Shown here: in pieces, positions 26,980 through 37,692 of the stretch
How positions within the stretch are numbered: the stretch's first letter is position 1
Layout of the letters: every line of letters begins with the position of its first letter
Position numbers and translations under genes: made by a program
NCBI GenBank assembly: GCA_964498785.1
Contig: CAZCJL010000030.1
Location: 1 to 60,958, forward strand
Origin: an uncultured Cytophagia bacterium
Lineage (GTDB): Bacteria; Zhuqueibacterota; Zhuqueibacteria; Thermofontimicrobiales; Thiofontviventaceae
Reading direction: 5' to 3'
DNA length: 60,958 nucleotides
Notes under the pieces: generated by a model
Seen by the model: the letters and a program-made list of their open reading frames with translations, nothing else
Database searches by the model: none
Told to the model about the DNA's origin: nothing

Positions 26980-28260
26980 ATGGCACATCACACACTCAAA
27001 TCATCCTGTTCTCAACTCATCGACAGGCTCAATCGGTTTCCACAGGGAGTGGCGCCGTCGGAGACGTTGAATAAAATTTTGAAAATCCTGTTCAGCGAGA
27101 AAGAGGCCGAGTTAGTTACCCTGCTACCGATCAAACCGTTTACCGCGAAAAAAGCCAGTCGCATCTGGAAGATGGATCTCGCCAGCACCCAAAATGTGCT
27201 GGACGAGTTAGCGAGCCGGGCGCTGCTGGTGGACATCGACCGGGACGGGACATCGGAATATGTGCTGCCGCCGCCAATGGCCGGTTTTTTCGAATTTTCG
27301 ATGATGCGCATCAGAAGCGATATTGACCAGAAACTGCTGGGAGAATTGTTCTTTCAATACATGAATGTGGAAGAAGATTTCATCAAAAGACTGTTCTGCG
27401 ATGGCGAGACGCAGCTTGGTCGGGTTTTCGTGCATGAACCGGTGCTGAGCAACGAAAACGCGCTGCACGTGCTGGATTATGAACGTGCATCCGAGATCAT
27501 CAAGACCTCGAAATACATGGCAGTCGGCGTTTGCTACTGCCGGCATAAAATGCAGCATGTTGGCAGAGAATGCGACGCGCCAATGGAAATTTGTATGACC
27601 TTCGGCAATTGCGCCGCGTCGTTGAGCAAATACGGGCACGCCCGTCTCGTGGATAAATCGGAGGGACTCGATTTGCTGCAGCAGGCTTATGATAATAATT
27701 TGGTACAATTCGGCGAGAACGTGCGCGAGGGCGTCAGCTTTATTTGTAACTGCTGCGGCTGTTGCTGCGAGGCAATGATTGCGGCTCAGCGTTTCGCCGT
27801 GCTGAATCCAATTCATACAACGAATTTTATTCCAAAAATCGATACGGAAACCTGCACCGGTTGCGGTAAATGCGTGGATGTATGTCCGGTATTTGCCATG
27901 AGTCTGGTATCAGCAAACGATCCGCAGAAACAAAAACGAAAACAGGCACAGCTCAATGCGGAACTGTGCCTCGGCTGCGGCTTATGTGCGCGAGTATGTG
28001 ACAAAAAGAGTATACAGCTAAAATCCCGGGAGCAACGCGTCATCACGCCGCTGGATGGCGCACACCGCGCAGTGGTGATGGCAATCGAGCGGGGAATGTT
28101 GCAGCATTTAATTTTCGATAACCGGGTACTGTGGAGCCATAGGGCGCTGGCAGCGCTGCTGGGTGTTATTTTAAAACTACCGCCGGTGAAACAAATCATG
28201 GCAAGCCGGCAAATGAAATCCAGGTATTTGGAATCGATGATTAAAAAATATTATTTTTAG
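26980..28260 (+). CDS. Iron-sulfur protein with a 4Fe-4S dicluster ferredoxin domain plus an unusual Cys cluster CNCCGCCCE.
   Basis: CTGCGKCVDVCPVFAM and CLGCGLCARVCD (two CxxCxxCxxxCP-type motifs). Also VGVCYCRH and FICNCCGCCCEAM. Confidence 0.6.
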   Translation: MAHHTLKSSCSQLIDRLNRFPQGVAPSETLNKILKILFSEKEAELVTLLPIKPFTAKKASRIWKMDLASTQNVLDELASRALLVDIDRDGTSEYVLPPPMAGFFEFSMMRIRSDIDQKLLGELFFQYMNVEEDFIKRLFCDGETQLGRVFVHEPVLSNENALHVLDYERASEIIKTSKYMAVGVCYCRHKMQHVGRECDAPMEICMTFGNCAASLSKYGHARLVDKSEGLDLLQQAYDNNLVQFGENVREGVSFICNCCGCCCEAMIAAQRFAVLNPIHTTNFIPKIDTETCTGCGKCVDVCPVFAMSLVSANDPQKQKRKQAQLNAELCLGCGLCARVCDKKSIQLKSREQRVITPLDGAHRAVVMAIERGMLQHLIFDNRVLWSHRALAALLGVILKLPPVKQIMASRQMKSRYLESMIKKYYF

Positions 28261-28385
28261 TACCTGACAGCTTAAATTTTGCACTTTTTTGGAAAAATAT
28301 TTTTCTGATCGATTTTATGAGTTTTTTTATTTTTAATTTTTCATTATTAATTTTTAATTGCAGCTTGTCTGCGTTGGGATTTACT

Positions 28386-29516
28386 ATGATAAAAAAAATA
28401 AACATTCTTTCTTTTTTATTACTTATGAATGCAACGCTGTTCGCCGCCGACATCCGAATTGATTTCACGTCGAAACTGGGGCTCAGTTCCGGGTCTCAAT
28501 TCGCACAATTATTCGTTCCGGATTATTACGAACCGCCGGCAGACGGGAAATTTATGCTGGTGTTTCATTTCCATTCTGCCACCTGGGCTGCAGAAGATGA
28601 AATCACAAAATCAGGCATGAACGCCGTGCTGTTCAATATTCATCTGGGCGCGCTGTCGAGTCCTTATCAAAACTATTTTCAGGATCAATCGAAATTCAAA
28701 TCAATCCTGGATGAAATTCTCGATGTTTTACAAAATAATACCATCATCCGAAATCCGACAATTGAAACGCTCATTCTGACATCGTTCAGCGCGGGATATG
28801 CTGGGGTGCGTGAAATTCTGAAAGTCGAGAATTATTATCAACAAATCGACGCGCTAAATCTGGCAGACGGACTTCATTCCAGTTCATATCATGCCAGCCG
28901 GGATCGGCAGATGCAGGATTTCGTGCGTTTTGCCAAAGATGTCAGAGATGGAAAGAAAATCATGTTGATTACGCATTCCAGCATCCCAACCAGCGGCTAT
29001 AAAAGCACCACCGAGACTGCTGATTATCTCATACAAAAAATTGGCGCCACAAAAACACCGGCGTCGGTACAGGACGAAATCGGCCTACAAACATCTGCCT
29101 GTGATACCGGACATTTTCATTTACGGGGATACGCCGGCGAGACAGCAGAGGATCATTTAAAACACCTGTATGCAATGCACCTGCTGTTGACGCAGGCAAT
29201 GGGTATTTTGCAGCCGACTTCTGTGGGCAGATTAAATCAATCCGCAGAACAACCGGACGCGTTTGGGCTTGCGAATTACCCTAATCCATTTAATGCGACT
29301 ACGAATATTTCCTGGCGCCAGCCGCGGTATTCATCTATCCAAATAACGATTTATGATATTAACGGTCAACTGGTGGAGACATTGTGCGACGAACAAATCG
29401 AGGCAGGGCGTCATTTTTTAACATGGAACGCGCAGCCCTATCATTCCGAGCTGTACACATTAATTTTGAAAGCAGATGACTATACTGAGTCGCGAAAATG
29501 TTTGTTGTTAAAATAA
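28386..29516 (+). CDS. Secreted protein, possibly an alpha/beta-hydrolase-like fold, with a T9SS C-terminal sorting domain. ORF track start is 28317; ATG 28386 is preferred.
   Basis: Signal peptide MIKKINILSFLLLMNATLFAA. TSFSAGYAG is nucleophile-elbow-like. C-terminus NYPNPFNATTNISWRQPRYSSIQITIYDINGQLVETL...RKCLLLK. Confidence 0.6.
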   Translation: MIKKINILSFLLLMNATLFAADIRIDFTSKLGLSSGSQFAQLFVPDYYEPPADGKFMLVFHFHSATWAAEDEITKSGMNAVLFNIHLGALSSPYQNYFQDQSKFKSILDEILDVLQNNTIIRNPTIETLILTSFSAGYAGVREILKVENYYQQIDALNLADGLHSSSYHASRDRQMQDFVRFAKDVRDGKKIMLITHSSIPTSGYKSTTETADYLIQKIGATKTPASVQDEIGLQTSACDTGHFHLRGYAGETAEDHLKHLYAMHLLLTQAMGILQPTSVGRLNQSAEQPDAFGLANYPNPFNATTNISWRQPRYSSIQITIYDINGQLVETLCDEQIEAGRHFLTWNAQPYHSELYTLILKADDYTESRKCLLLK

Positions 29517-29622
29517 TAAAATTAGACAGGATAACAAGATACACAGGATTATTATAAAAAAGATTAAAAATAATCTTTGATCCTGTTAATCTTGTAATTC
29601 TCTTTAAAAATCGGAGAAAACC

Positions 29623-30675
29623 ATGAAAGCAGCAGTACTCGCACAATACGGAAAAATCGAATGGAAAAATGTCCCGACACCATCGATTTCGGATACAGAG
29701 GTGCTCGTCCGTGTAAAATACGCCAGTATTTGCGGCAGCGACCAGCATGTGTTCAAGGGAGAATTTCACCCGCGGACATCGGTGCCGATGATCCAGGGAC
29801 ATGAATTTGGCGGTGTGATTGCAAAATGCGGAAAAGATATTGCGGATTTTCACGTCGGAGACCGGGTGACCGTGGATCCCATTTTCTGGTGTGGCAAATG
29901 CACGGCATGCAAGATCGGTCATTACCCTGCCTGCCGCTCGCTGAAACTGTTGGGTATCGATGTCGATGGTGGCTTTGCCGAATTTGTGGTTGCCAAAAAG
30001 TTTATGTTAAACAAGGTTCCTCCGGCGATTTCGGACAAACAAGCGGCGCTTGTGGAAGTACTTGCTATCGGATTTCATGCCTGCAAACGGGCAAATGTTC
30101 GAAAGGATGACAGTATCGCGATTTACGGAGCCGGGAAAGTCGGGCAATGCATTTTACAGGCAGTGCGCACAAAAACATCCAACCCGGTTTTCATAATTGA
30201 TATTCTTGACACGCGCCTGCAACTGGCACAGCAGGCGTATCCCGACATCATAACGATAAATGCGAGGAACGTTGACCCGGTCAGCGTAATCAATGAGCAC
30301 ACAAACGGACGGGGCGTGGATATCGCGTTTGAGGCCGTGGGACACGCCGTCGTAGTTCCCGAACGGTTGCATCCGGTACGATCATGCATTCAGACCATTC
30401 GTCCGGTGGGGACTGTGTGCGTGTTGGGATTATCCGACACCGAAGCGCCGCTGATCATGAAAGAGCTGATTTTTAAAGAAGCAAAAATCATCTCATCGCG
30501 AGTTACGCATGGCGAGTTTTCCGAAACATTGCATCATCTGGAACACGGGCACCTGAAACCAGATGCGCTGATTTCCAAAATCATGCATGTCAGCGAAGCG
30601 CAACATGGGTTCGAGATTCTGGAACAGGAGCCGGAAAATTATTTAAAAATTCTGCTCCGTGTTAGCAAAGGATGA
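29623..30675 (+). CDS. Zinc-dependent alcohol/polyol dehydrogenase (MDR family).
   Basis: CGSDQH, GHEFGGVI, GDRVTVDP, CGKCTACKIGHYPAC (structural zinc), and GAGKVGQ Rossmann motif. Confidence 0.8.
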   Translation: MKAAVLAQYGKIEWKNVPTPSISDTEVLVRVKYASICGSDQHVFKGEFHPRTSVPMIQGHEFGGVIAKCGKDIADFHVGDRVTVDPIFWCGKCTACKIGHYPACRSLKLLGIDVDGGFAEFVVAKKFMLNKVPPAISDKQAALVEVLAIGFHACKRANVRKDDSIAIYGAGKVGQCILQAVRTKTSNPVFIIDILDTRLQLAQQAYPDIITINARNVDPVSVINEHTNGRGVDIAFEAVGHAVVVPERLHPVRSCIQTIRPVGTVCVLGLSDTEAPLIMKELIFKEAKIISSRVTHGEFSETLHHLEHGHLKPDALISKIMHVSEAQHGFEILEQEPENYLKILLRVSKG

Positions 30676-31078
30676 CATGCTACTGTTGCACTAACATGCC
30701 TGTGTTGCACAAAAACATTTAACTGATGAACAAACGAATCGAATTTGCGTAAAAAATAGGCAGATGTTCTGCCGCAACAACCGAAAAGAATGATAGAGAT
30801 CATCGGGATGATAATTACGAAAACATCAAATAAGATGCACACTATTACAAATCAGATTATGATCTTTGTTTGCATTTCTGACAATGATACCAAGAGATCT
30901 TGCTACATAAATCGCCGCTAACTGTAAAGCGATTATTGAGGATACAAAAGTAAACTTATCGATTGAGATAGTCTTAAAAAGACTAAAAAAACTCACAATG
31001 ACACAACAAGACCTGGCTTTTTCGGATAATTTGAAATAACACATAAAATCGTATTAAAAATTCGGGAGTCATAATTTG

Positions 31079-31693
31079 ATGATGGATAAACTTCAAAGAT
31101 CTGCCGAGATTGCGAAACGAATCACTTCTTTCTGTGAAAAATATTTAACAAATGAATTTTTACTCTATGCGTTGGAATTAGCTGAAATTTTACGCAGGAA
31201 ACGAAAGATTGACATCACCCGCGGGAAACCGGAAATATGGGCTGCATCGATCGTTTACGTTATCGCTCGGTTAAATTTTTTGTTTGATAAAGAATCTCCG
31301 GATAGCATCACACCTGATACGATCTGTGATTTTTTCGAAACGAAAAAATCGACCACCAGCAACAAAGCCACTGACATTGAAAAAGCTTGTAATATCAAAA
31401 TAGGAGATCCGCACTTAGGTAAACCGGAAATAACGGATATGCTCACTTATTACCAAACACCGGATGGATTAATGATTCCGAAAAATACTTTTAAGAATAA
31501 TGAGTTAGTCGTTGAACTTATGGATGAAGAAGAATCTAAACAATTTGAAAAGATGCTCCAAGAAAAACAACGCCAGGAACAGGAAAGAATATCTGCCGCG
31601 GCAGCTCGTAAGTTTGCGCTTCGGAAAGAACGGGACGCCCAAAAGCGGAAATTGAAGTTTAAAAATCAAATTGATTTGTTCGGTGATGAATGA
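31079..31693 (+). CDS. Hypothetical protein with a Lys/Glu-rich C-terminus.
   Basis: ORF with GGGAG 10 nt upstream. No recognisable motifs. Confidence 0.45.
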   Translation: MMDKLQRSAEIAKRITSFCEKYLTNEFLLYALELAEILRRKRKIDITRGKPEIWAASIVYVIARLNFLFDKESPDSITPDTICDFFETKKSTTSNKATDIEKACNIKIGDPHLGKPEITDMLTYYQTPDGLMIPKNTFKNNELVVELMDEEESKQFEKMLQEKQRQEQERISAAAARKFALRKERDAQKRKLKFKNQIDLFGDE

Positions 31694-31795
31694 AACAGGC
31701 ATTGGTTTCTCTCTCCGGAATAACTTATGACATAAACCCGCCGCTGATGCAGAAGAAGACTTATACGAGATTTATAGATATATCGCTATCTATAA

Positions 31796-32545
31796 TTAAG
31801 GAATAAAAAAGGAGTTTGTATTCACGAATAGAATTACGTTTTTATTTCTTTGCGCCTTAGCGTCTGGTATGGCTATTGAGAGTTTCATTCCGAACGCTGA
31901 TTCGTACAAGTCAACCGCTGCATCTGGAAATCCCTGTTGAATAGTTATCTCATCATTCACGGTTATAATCTGCTAATGGATAACGCTTTTTTCTGCTGAT
32001 AACATCACCTTCGATAATGGCCGAATTTCCCGATGCATCTCCGATTATAATTTAACCGGTCATCAAACGTCCCAGATTGTATTGAGTTAGCATCTCAAGT
32101 GCCTGTTTTACTGTGGCGCACTTTTCTAATACAGCTTTCATCAGACTTCCATAAAAAGTCGGTTTGTCTTTAGAATGTAAAACCGGATTTGCCAGCGTTG
32201 CCAAACCGTCATAGAATAAACCCTGGTCATTCATTCCGCCCTGTTCTTCACCAAAATTAATTGATCTGTTTTTGTAAAACCAAAGAAGACGCATCCGAAT
32301 TTTCCATCTTTGGGTGAATAAAATTTCATTTGTGAATAGGGAGCAATAAAATCTTCATTATTAGCGGCAAGTGCAAGCGTGTCGTTCGAAAAGTAAATTA
32401 CAGCACAAGCATCGTTTTCAGAAATACATGAAAATAATAGAATCAAACAGAGGATAATCTTTTTCATTAATAAGGGCACAGTTGACGAGCGCATGAACTG
32501 CTTTTTCAATTCGACTGGCAGGTTTGCATTACGCGAGATGACCAC
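31796..32545 (-). pseudogene. Decayed linear-amide C-N hydrolase (choloylglycine hydrolase / Ntn-hydrolase family) pseudogene with multiple frameshifts.
   Basis: ORF 32231..32545 carries the signal peptide plus a Cys Ntn-nucleophile-like N-terminus (SENDACAVIYFSNDTLALAANNED). ORF 32052..32294 in another frame carries the GGMNDQGL motif (family GMNEKGL). Two further frames downstream read GDASGNSAIIEGDVI and IQQGFPDAAVDLYESAFGMKLSIAIPDAKAQ. Confidence 0.5.
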
Positions 32546-32677
32546 GTAATGAGTTTAGAGTCATGGCAGCTCACTGGCTTGTTACACTCAAAAAACAGAT
32601 TGGAACTTACACCCCACATCATGATCCGTCGACTAACGAAACATTATTCACTATTCCCTGTTTTGGAGACATCCTGT

Positions 32678-34078
32678 TTAATCGTCAGCTTTACGTCTTT
32701 CTGACAGCTCGTTTCCGATTGCTATCATTGTATTTTCATCTAATTTATATAGAAGCATTATACCGAGAGCAAGGAGGCCGAGCAATGCCGGGATCAGGCT
32801 AAAGAGTAATAACAATCCTTTCAGGCTTTCGATTGATTGTGCCTGATTCGCGACAAATCCAACCTGTGACATCAGGTTCAGGGCGACAAATGCGCCAAAT
32901 GCCCAGCCAAATTTCTGGGACATAGTGGACGCAGAAAAAATGAGACCGGTCGCCCGACGCCCGTGCTTCCATTCGCCATAGTCGGCAGTATCGGCGTACA
33001 TTGCCCAGAGCAAAACGCTTAGCGGTCCGCCGGTCATCGAGCCGACAATCTGGAGCAGAAAGATCAAACCGAGCTGTTCCGCGCTCAGAAAATAAAACCC
33101 AGCCGTACTGATGATGGCAATACTGATCAGGACTATAAAAGCCTTTTTTTTGCCAACTATTTTCGCGAACCAGCTCACCAGTAATACGCCAAGAAAAGAA
33201 GAAATTTGTCCGACTGTGTTGAAGGCGGATGCCAGCGCTTCAAAACCGTAAGAGCCGGTTTTCAAAAATGGTAGCGAAAGCTGCTGTGTACCGATAACAT
33301 ACTTAAAGTAATGCACGGTTACACTGCTGCGTACAGCAACGAACAGAATAAAAGTGATGGTGGTTGCGAGCAGAATGAGCCAGGGTTTATTGGTTACTAA
33401 CTCGTGCAGATCTTTTTTAACAGAAGATTGTTGATTCTTCGGCGGCTGCACCCGTTCTTTTGTACCGGTAAACGTTATTAAGAAGAAAATAATAGCCGCG
33501 ATACCATATACAACGAAAGATAATTGCCAACCGCTCGCAGGATCTCCTCTGCCAAGCGCTTTTGACATCGGCAGTAGCGTTGCGGAAACGATTATGCCTG
33601 CTGAAAAAGCAAACAGAAATTTAACAGAAGATATGGTGGTGCGTTCTGTGGAATCGGCAGAAATCACGCCGAGCAGCGCGGTGTAGGGAATATTAATTGC
33701 AGTATACAGCATCATGATCGCAATAAAAGTCACATACGCCCAGATGATTTTTCCGGTGAGCCCGAAATCAGGGACTGTAAACGTGAGAACGCCAATGACA
33801 GCAAATGGCACACACAACCATAACAAATAGGGTCGAAATTTTCCCCATCTGGTTTGCGTTCGATCGGCGATAATTCCCATTATCGGATCATTGACGCCAT
33901 CCCAGATGCGGCTGACGAGGAACATGGTGGCTGCTACGCCGGCAGGAAGCAGAAAGACGTCGGTGTAAAAATAAGTAAAATACAGCATAAAGGTCTGCCA
34001 GTAAAGCACAGAGGCAAGATCACCGAAGCCATAACTAATTTTTTCTTTGAATGAAAGCCTTTGAGTCTGTAAATTCAT
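32678..34078 (-). CDS. Glycoside-pentoside-hexuronide (GPH):cation symporter family sugar transporter (MelB/YicJ-like).
   Basis: KISYGFGDLASVLYWQTFMLYFTYFYTDVFLLPAGVAATMFLVSRIWDGVNDPIMGIIADRTQTRWGKFRPYLLW is the GPH family signature. Twelve transmembrane helices. Its AAGGAG ribosome-binding site overlaps the stop of the upstream glycoside hydrolase. Confidence 0.8.
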   Translation of the reverse strand: MNLQTQRLSFKEKISYGFGDLASVLYWQTFMLYFTYFYTDVFLLPAGVAATMFLVSRIWDGVNDPIMGIIADRTQTRWGKFRPYLLWLCVPFAVIGVLTFTVPDFGLTGKIIWAYVTFIAIMMLYTAINIPYTALLGVISADSTERTTISSVKFLFAFSAGIIVSATLLPMSKALGRGDPASGWQLSFVVYGIAAIIFFLITFTGTKERVQPPKNQQSSVKKDLHELVTNKPWLILLATTITFILFVAVRSSVTVHYFKYVIGTQQLSLPFLKTGSYGFEALASAFNTVGQISSFLGVLLVSWFAKIVGKKKAFIVLISIAIISTAGFYFLSAEQLGLIFLLQIVGSMTGGPLSVLLWAMYADTADYGEWKHGRRATGLIFSASTMSQKFGWAFGAFVALNLMSQVGFVANQAQSIESLKGLLLLFSLIPALLGLLALGIMLLYKLDENTMIAIGNELSERRKADD

Positions 34079-34087
34079 ATCCGCTCC

Positions 34088-37000
34088 TTATTTCAGTAAA
34101 ATACATTTCCGTACCTGAACAGATTGTGGTGTTTCCAGTCGGTAAAAATAAATACCGGATCCAATATCATGTGCATTCCAGGGGACATGGTAACTTCCGG
34201 CTTCCTTTACTTCATTGAAAAGTTCAGTAACAACCTGCCCCTGAAGATTAAATATTGCCAGTCGAACCTGACTTTTTTTGGAAAGGGTAAAAGAAATAGT
34301 GGTTTCATTGTTAAACGGATTTGGGTAGCTATAATCTAAAGTAAATGTTTTTTGCACGGTTTGCCCGGCCTTGTTATCTGCAATTGAAGTTTCATGATCA
34401 GTTAGAAATTCTATTTCATCTAAGTAAAGGGAGCCACTTCCCCAATCTGCTGATCCTTTAAGTACATTTATCGATATTTGATTCAACGCTGCCACATCCA
34501 TTGTTGTCGAACCATCATTTGCTTCAAAGTTGTTGAGCGGGATTGTTACAGTTATCGAATCAGAGCCATTCAGCGAATAATCGTATTGCCAGTATCTGCC
34601 GCTTTGTTCATGCAGCAAAATAGCGAGATCGTGCCCGGAGTTATCCGGTTTGAGCCAGAATTGCAAAAATTTTACCTGACCATAGTCACCGGAAAATTCT
34701 CTGAAAACACCGGCATACGGCGGACTGCCGTTTCCGATAGCGTATTTCATTCGCATGGATTTTTTACCCTTCCCGATGAGATTCGGTTCCAATAAAATAT
34801 CCGCATCGGTACCATAGCGCGTCTTCCAAATTAATTGTAAGATTGAGTTTGATGTATAGTCCTCAAAATCATCTATCGTAAGCAGATTTTTAATCATGAC
34901 TTCAACAGTATCCTGTTGCAGACCTGATGCGGACGCGATTATTTTTGCCGGACCGGATTTTTTCGTGGCTCTCAAAGTGATCGTCGCCAGCCCATTATGC
35001 GGAACAGCCGGATTATTTCCTATCAGACTTGCAATGCCTGTTAATTCAAAATGAACCGGATTCGTCGCCTGACTGCAAATCCGTCCAGCGTCATCCTGGA
35101 TATAGCATGAAATTTGTGAAGTATAAGTTGTATCGCTGAAAAGTATGGATGGATATGCGATCAGCTCCAATCGCTGCGGCATGACTCCTTCTTTCGCAGG
35201 AGAGATGATGAATGCAATATCTGACAGACCGCCGGCGATCGCTGGAACCTGATCATTCAACTGCCCGTTTTGACTGAAACGGGTATGTGTTTGAATGGTA
35301 TCTCCTTTCCAGGGATTGATCCATGTAACGGTAAAAGCTGCATCCATTAATCCCTCGATGCTGAATGATTTTCCGGAGACATCGTCGCCATAGATTTCCC
35401 GAATCCAGCCAAATGCAATGGTATCGGCTTGCATGGCATACGCATCACAACCGGGCGCCGTAATCGATGCCTGACTCAGCGGGATATGTGCATAATCAAT
35501 CGTATTAGCGATTTTGGAGAAAGCCCGCATTTGCGCCATCACCGTACTGCTCATGATTTGTTTGGTTCCGAAATCCCACCAGAACGGTGTAGCTGCCAGC
35601 CCGCTGGCCCAGGTTACCCATAGCGCATTATGAAACAGCGCCGTATATTCGTTTGAGGGCGCAGGGAAACTACCGTAATTGTTATAATATCCTGCTTCAC
35701 CCAAAATACCAGGTTTGTTAAAATCCTGCCAAAACCGATGCGCGATATTTCCATATATCCAGAGGCTACTGCGCAACGGATTTCCAGGATACCGCGCTGT
35801 CCAGCCAGTTTCATACAAATGCACATTGGGCAAATCAGTAACGGCATAACCGTCCCGCCAATAATGGCCGCCGCTCATAGATGCAGTCGTTGGCCTGCGA
35901 TACGGATCGTTTTGCGTGAGGTAATCATGTACACGCTGAACCCACGCTAATGCCTGTGCTTGTTTTCCTGCCTCCCATCCATCTGTCCCGTTTATTTCGT
36001 TCACAATTTCCCAGATACCAAGACTCCGGCTGTGTCCCCAGCGTGCAATCAGGTAACGATATTGCTTTTCTTGATATTTCCAGGCAACCTCGCTTTCGTA
36101 AAAATCAATGACATTACACACCTGGTTATACGGATTGATATGCCACAGATGCGCCCAAACTGTGTGGGAGAGCAGATCGTGCGGCCATATCGACATCATC
36201 ATTTTCAGGCCACGGGCTTCGGACCATTCCAGGATTTGATCGATCCTGCCGCATTTTGGCTGATCATATCGGCCCAGCCCGGCTTCCATGGACTCAATGA
36301 TATTTCCTTCGCCGCCATACGTAATGTTCCAGTACCCAAACATATTGGCGCCGGAGGCTTCCAGATCAGCCAATCCGCTGGAACTATTACTGACTCCCCA
36401 CGGATAAAATGGACCAACCCCGTAAAATGACGTATTATCATCGTGCATCAAATAACGAGGATTATCCGGCGAAACCTTAATCCAGCCGTGATGTGGAGAA
36501 GCGACTGCCTCGAACGTATATTCCTCACTTTGTCCTGTTCCGTCAATATCTGTCGCGGAAAGCACATATCGCCAGGCGCCGATTTCATTCGGTGAAAAAC
36601 GCATTTTCCACTGATCGCAATTATTGAAATTATCATAAAAGGCAAAAATTTCCCATGTTTGGTTTGATGGCGAAATAAATGTTGCCCTGATATCGATCTC
36701 ATCCGGATTGTATGGATTCATATACGCTGCATCCTGCAACAGCAAGCGCGCTTCAAATTTTTCATAAAGTCCCACGGTTTCTGAATTAGTACTCAGCACC
36801 GATATTTTCGGCGGCGATCCCTGTCTGTAAGTACGGGCGCTCGCCTCGTTGGATGCACCGGATTCATTGCCACTGTTATCAATTGCCGTCACTTTGTAGT
36901 AATAGGTCTGGTTCACTGTCAATCCCTGGTCTGAATAAGCTATCTGTGAGGCTGTCGCTAAAAATGTGGATTCGGCACAGGGAAAGCCGCCCTCAAGGCT

Positions 37001-37606
37001 GCGATATATTTTGTAATATTCTATTAAATCCGGATTATTACACTGCCACGTCAAATCGATCCGACCGGAATCAATGGTTGTCGCCTGGAGATTGCTGATA
37101 TTGATAATCTGCACTGCATCCCCAATTTTTAAATCGTCAAAATAAACCGTGCCTGATTTGGGAAGTGTCGAACCGCCATCCAGATAAATGTAGATGGTTT
37201 GCAGGGTCGTTCCGCCATGATTTTCCAGGTTAAATGCCACCTCGTGCCAGGTGTTGTCGCCGTAGATATATTCTCGCAACCAATCGTTCTCTTCATTATA
37301 ATAAATCGGTTTAAAGGTCAGTTCCGTATTTACATCTGATTTTACTTTCACAGAAATAAACGGATTGCCTGCTACCAGAATTGGTTGCGGTGGCGTATAA
37401 TTGATATTGTGCCATTCCCAGCTTTCTGTAGTGCGGGTATAATCGATCCTGAGTACGCTATCCTGTTCTGTCAATTGAAATGTCGTTCGGTCGGATTGCC
37501 AGCCGGTCATAATGTTATCATTAAAATCTTCTACCCAGCCGGTTACCTGAGCGGCAAGCAGGGAAGGAATACAGATAATTAATAAAATAAGATAAAATCT
37601 TTGCAT
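34088..37606 (-). CDS. Secreted multidomain glycoside hydrolase: N-terminal CBM-like beta-sandwich, fibronectin-III, DUF5060-like domain, GH5-like (clan GH-A) TIM-barrel catalytic domain, Big_2 Ig-like domain, a second CBM-like module, and a T9SS C-terminal sorting domain.
   Basis: Signal peptide MQRFYLILLIICIPSLLAAQ. GIWEIVNEINGTDGW resembles the clan GH-A acid/base motif. C-terminus YSYPNPFNNETTISFTL...GIYFYRL...RKCILLK. The N-terminal ~170 aa are homologous to the N-terminus of 56797..59694. Confidence 0.7.
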   Translation of the reverse strand: MQRFYLILLIICIPSLLAAQVTGWVEDFNDNIMTGWQSDRTTFQLTEQDSVLRIDYTRTTESWEWHNINYTPPQPILVAGNPFISVKVKSDVNTELTFKPIYYNEENDWLREYIYGDNTWHEVAFNLENHGGTTLQTIYIYLDGGSTLPKSGTVYFDDLKIGDAVQIINISNLQATTIDSGRIDLTWQCNNPDLIEYYKIYRSLEGGFPCAESTFLATASQIAYSDQGLTVNQTYYYKVTAIDNSGNESGASNEASARTYRQGSPPKISVLSTNSETVGLYEKFEARLLLQDAAYMNPYNPDEIDIRATFISPSNQTWEIFAFYDNFNNCDQWKMRFSPNEIGAWRYVLSATDIDGTGQSEEYTFEAVASPHHGWIKVSPDNPRYLMHDDNTSFYGVGPFYPWGVSNSSSGLADLEASGANMFGYWNITYGGEGNIIESMEAGLGRYDQPKCGRIDQILEWSEARGLKMMMSIWPHDLLSHTVWAHLWHINPYNQVCNVIDFYESEVAWKYQEKQYRYLIARWGHSRSLGIWEIVNEINGTDGWEAGKQAQALAWVQRVHDYLTQNDPYRRPTTASMSGGHYWRDGYAVTDLPNVHLYETGWTARYPGNPLRSSLWIYGNIAHRFWQDFNKPGILGEAGYYNNYGSFPAPSNEYTALFHNALWVTWASGLAATPFWWDFGTKQIMSSTVMAQMRAFSKIANTIDYAHIPLSQASITAPGCDAYAMQADTIAFGWIREIYGDDVSGKSFSIEGLMDAAFTVTWINPWKGDTIQTHTRFSQNGQLNDQVPAIAGGLSDIAFIISPAKEGVMPQRLELIAYPSILFSDTTYTSQISCYIQDDAGRICSQATNPVHFELTGIASLIGNNPAVPHNGLATITLRATKKSGPAKIIASASGLQQDTVEVMIKNLLTIDDFEDYTSNSILQLIWKTRYGTDADILLEPNLIGKGKKSMRMKYAIGNGSPPYAGVFREFSGDYGQVKFLQFWLKPDNSGHDLAILLHEQSGRYWQYDYSLNGSDSITVTIPLNNFEANDGSTTMDVAALNQISINVLKGSADWGSGSLYLDEIEFLTDHETSIADNKAGQTVQKTFTLDYSYPNPFNNETTISFTLSKKSQVRLAIFNLQGQVVTELFNEVKEAGSYHVPWNAHDIGSGIYFYRLETPQSVQVRKCILLK

Positions 37607-37637
37607 TTTAAAATCCGCTATTTTTATTTTAGTGAGA

Positions 37638-37676
37638 AAAAAGTGGCCATCTCATCAAAAGTAATGGTCACTTTTT
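37638..37676. terminator. Hairpin terminator after the SurA-like gene, with a T-run on the plus strand.
   Basis: aaaaagtggccat-ctcatcaaaagta-atggtcacttttt, followed by cattctttttt. Confidence 0.45.
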
Positions 37677-37692
37677 CATTCTTTTTTAAAAA

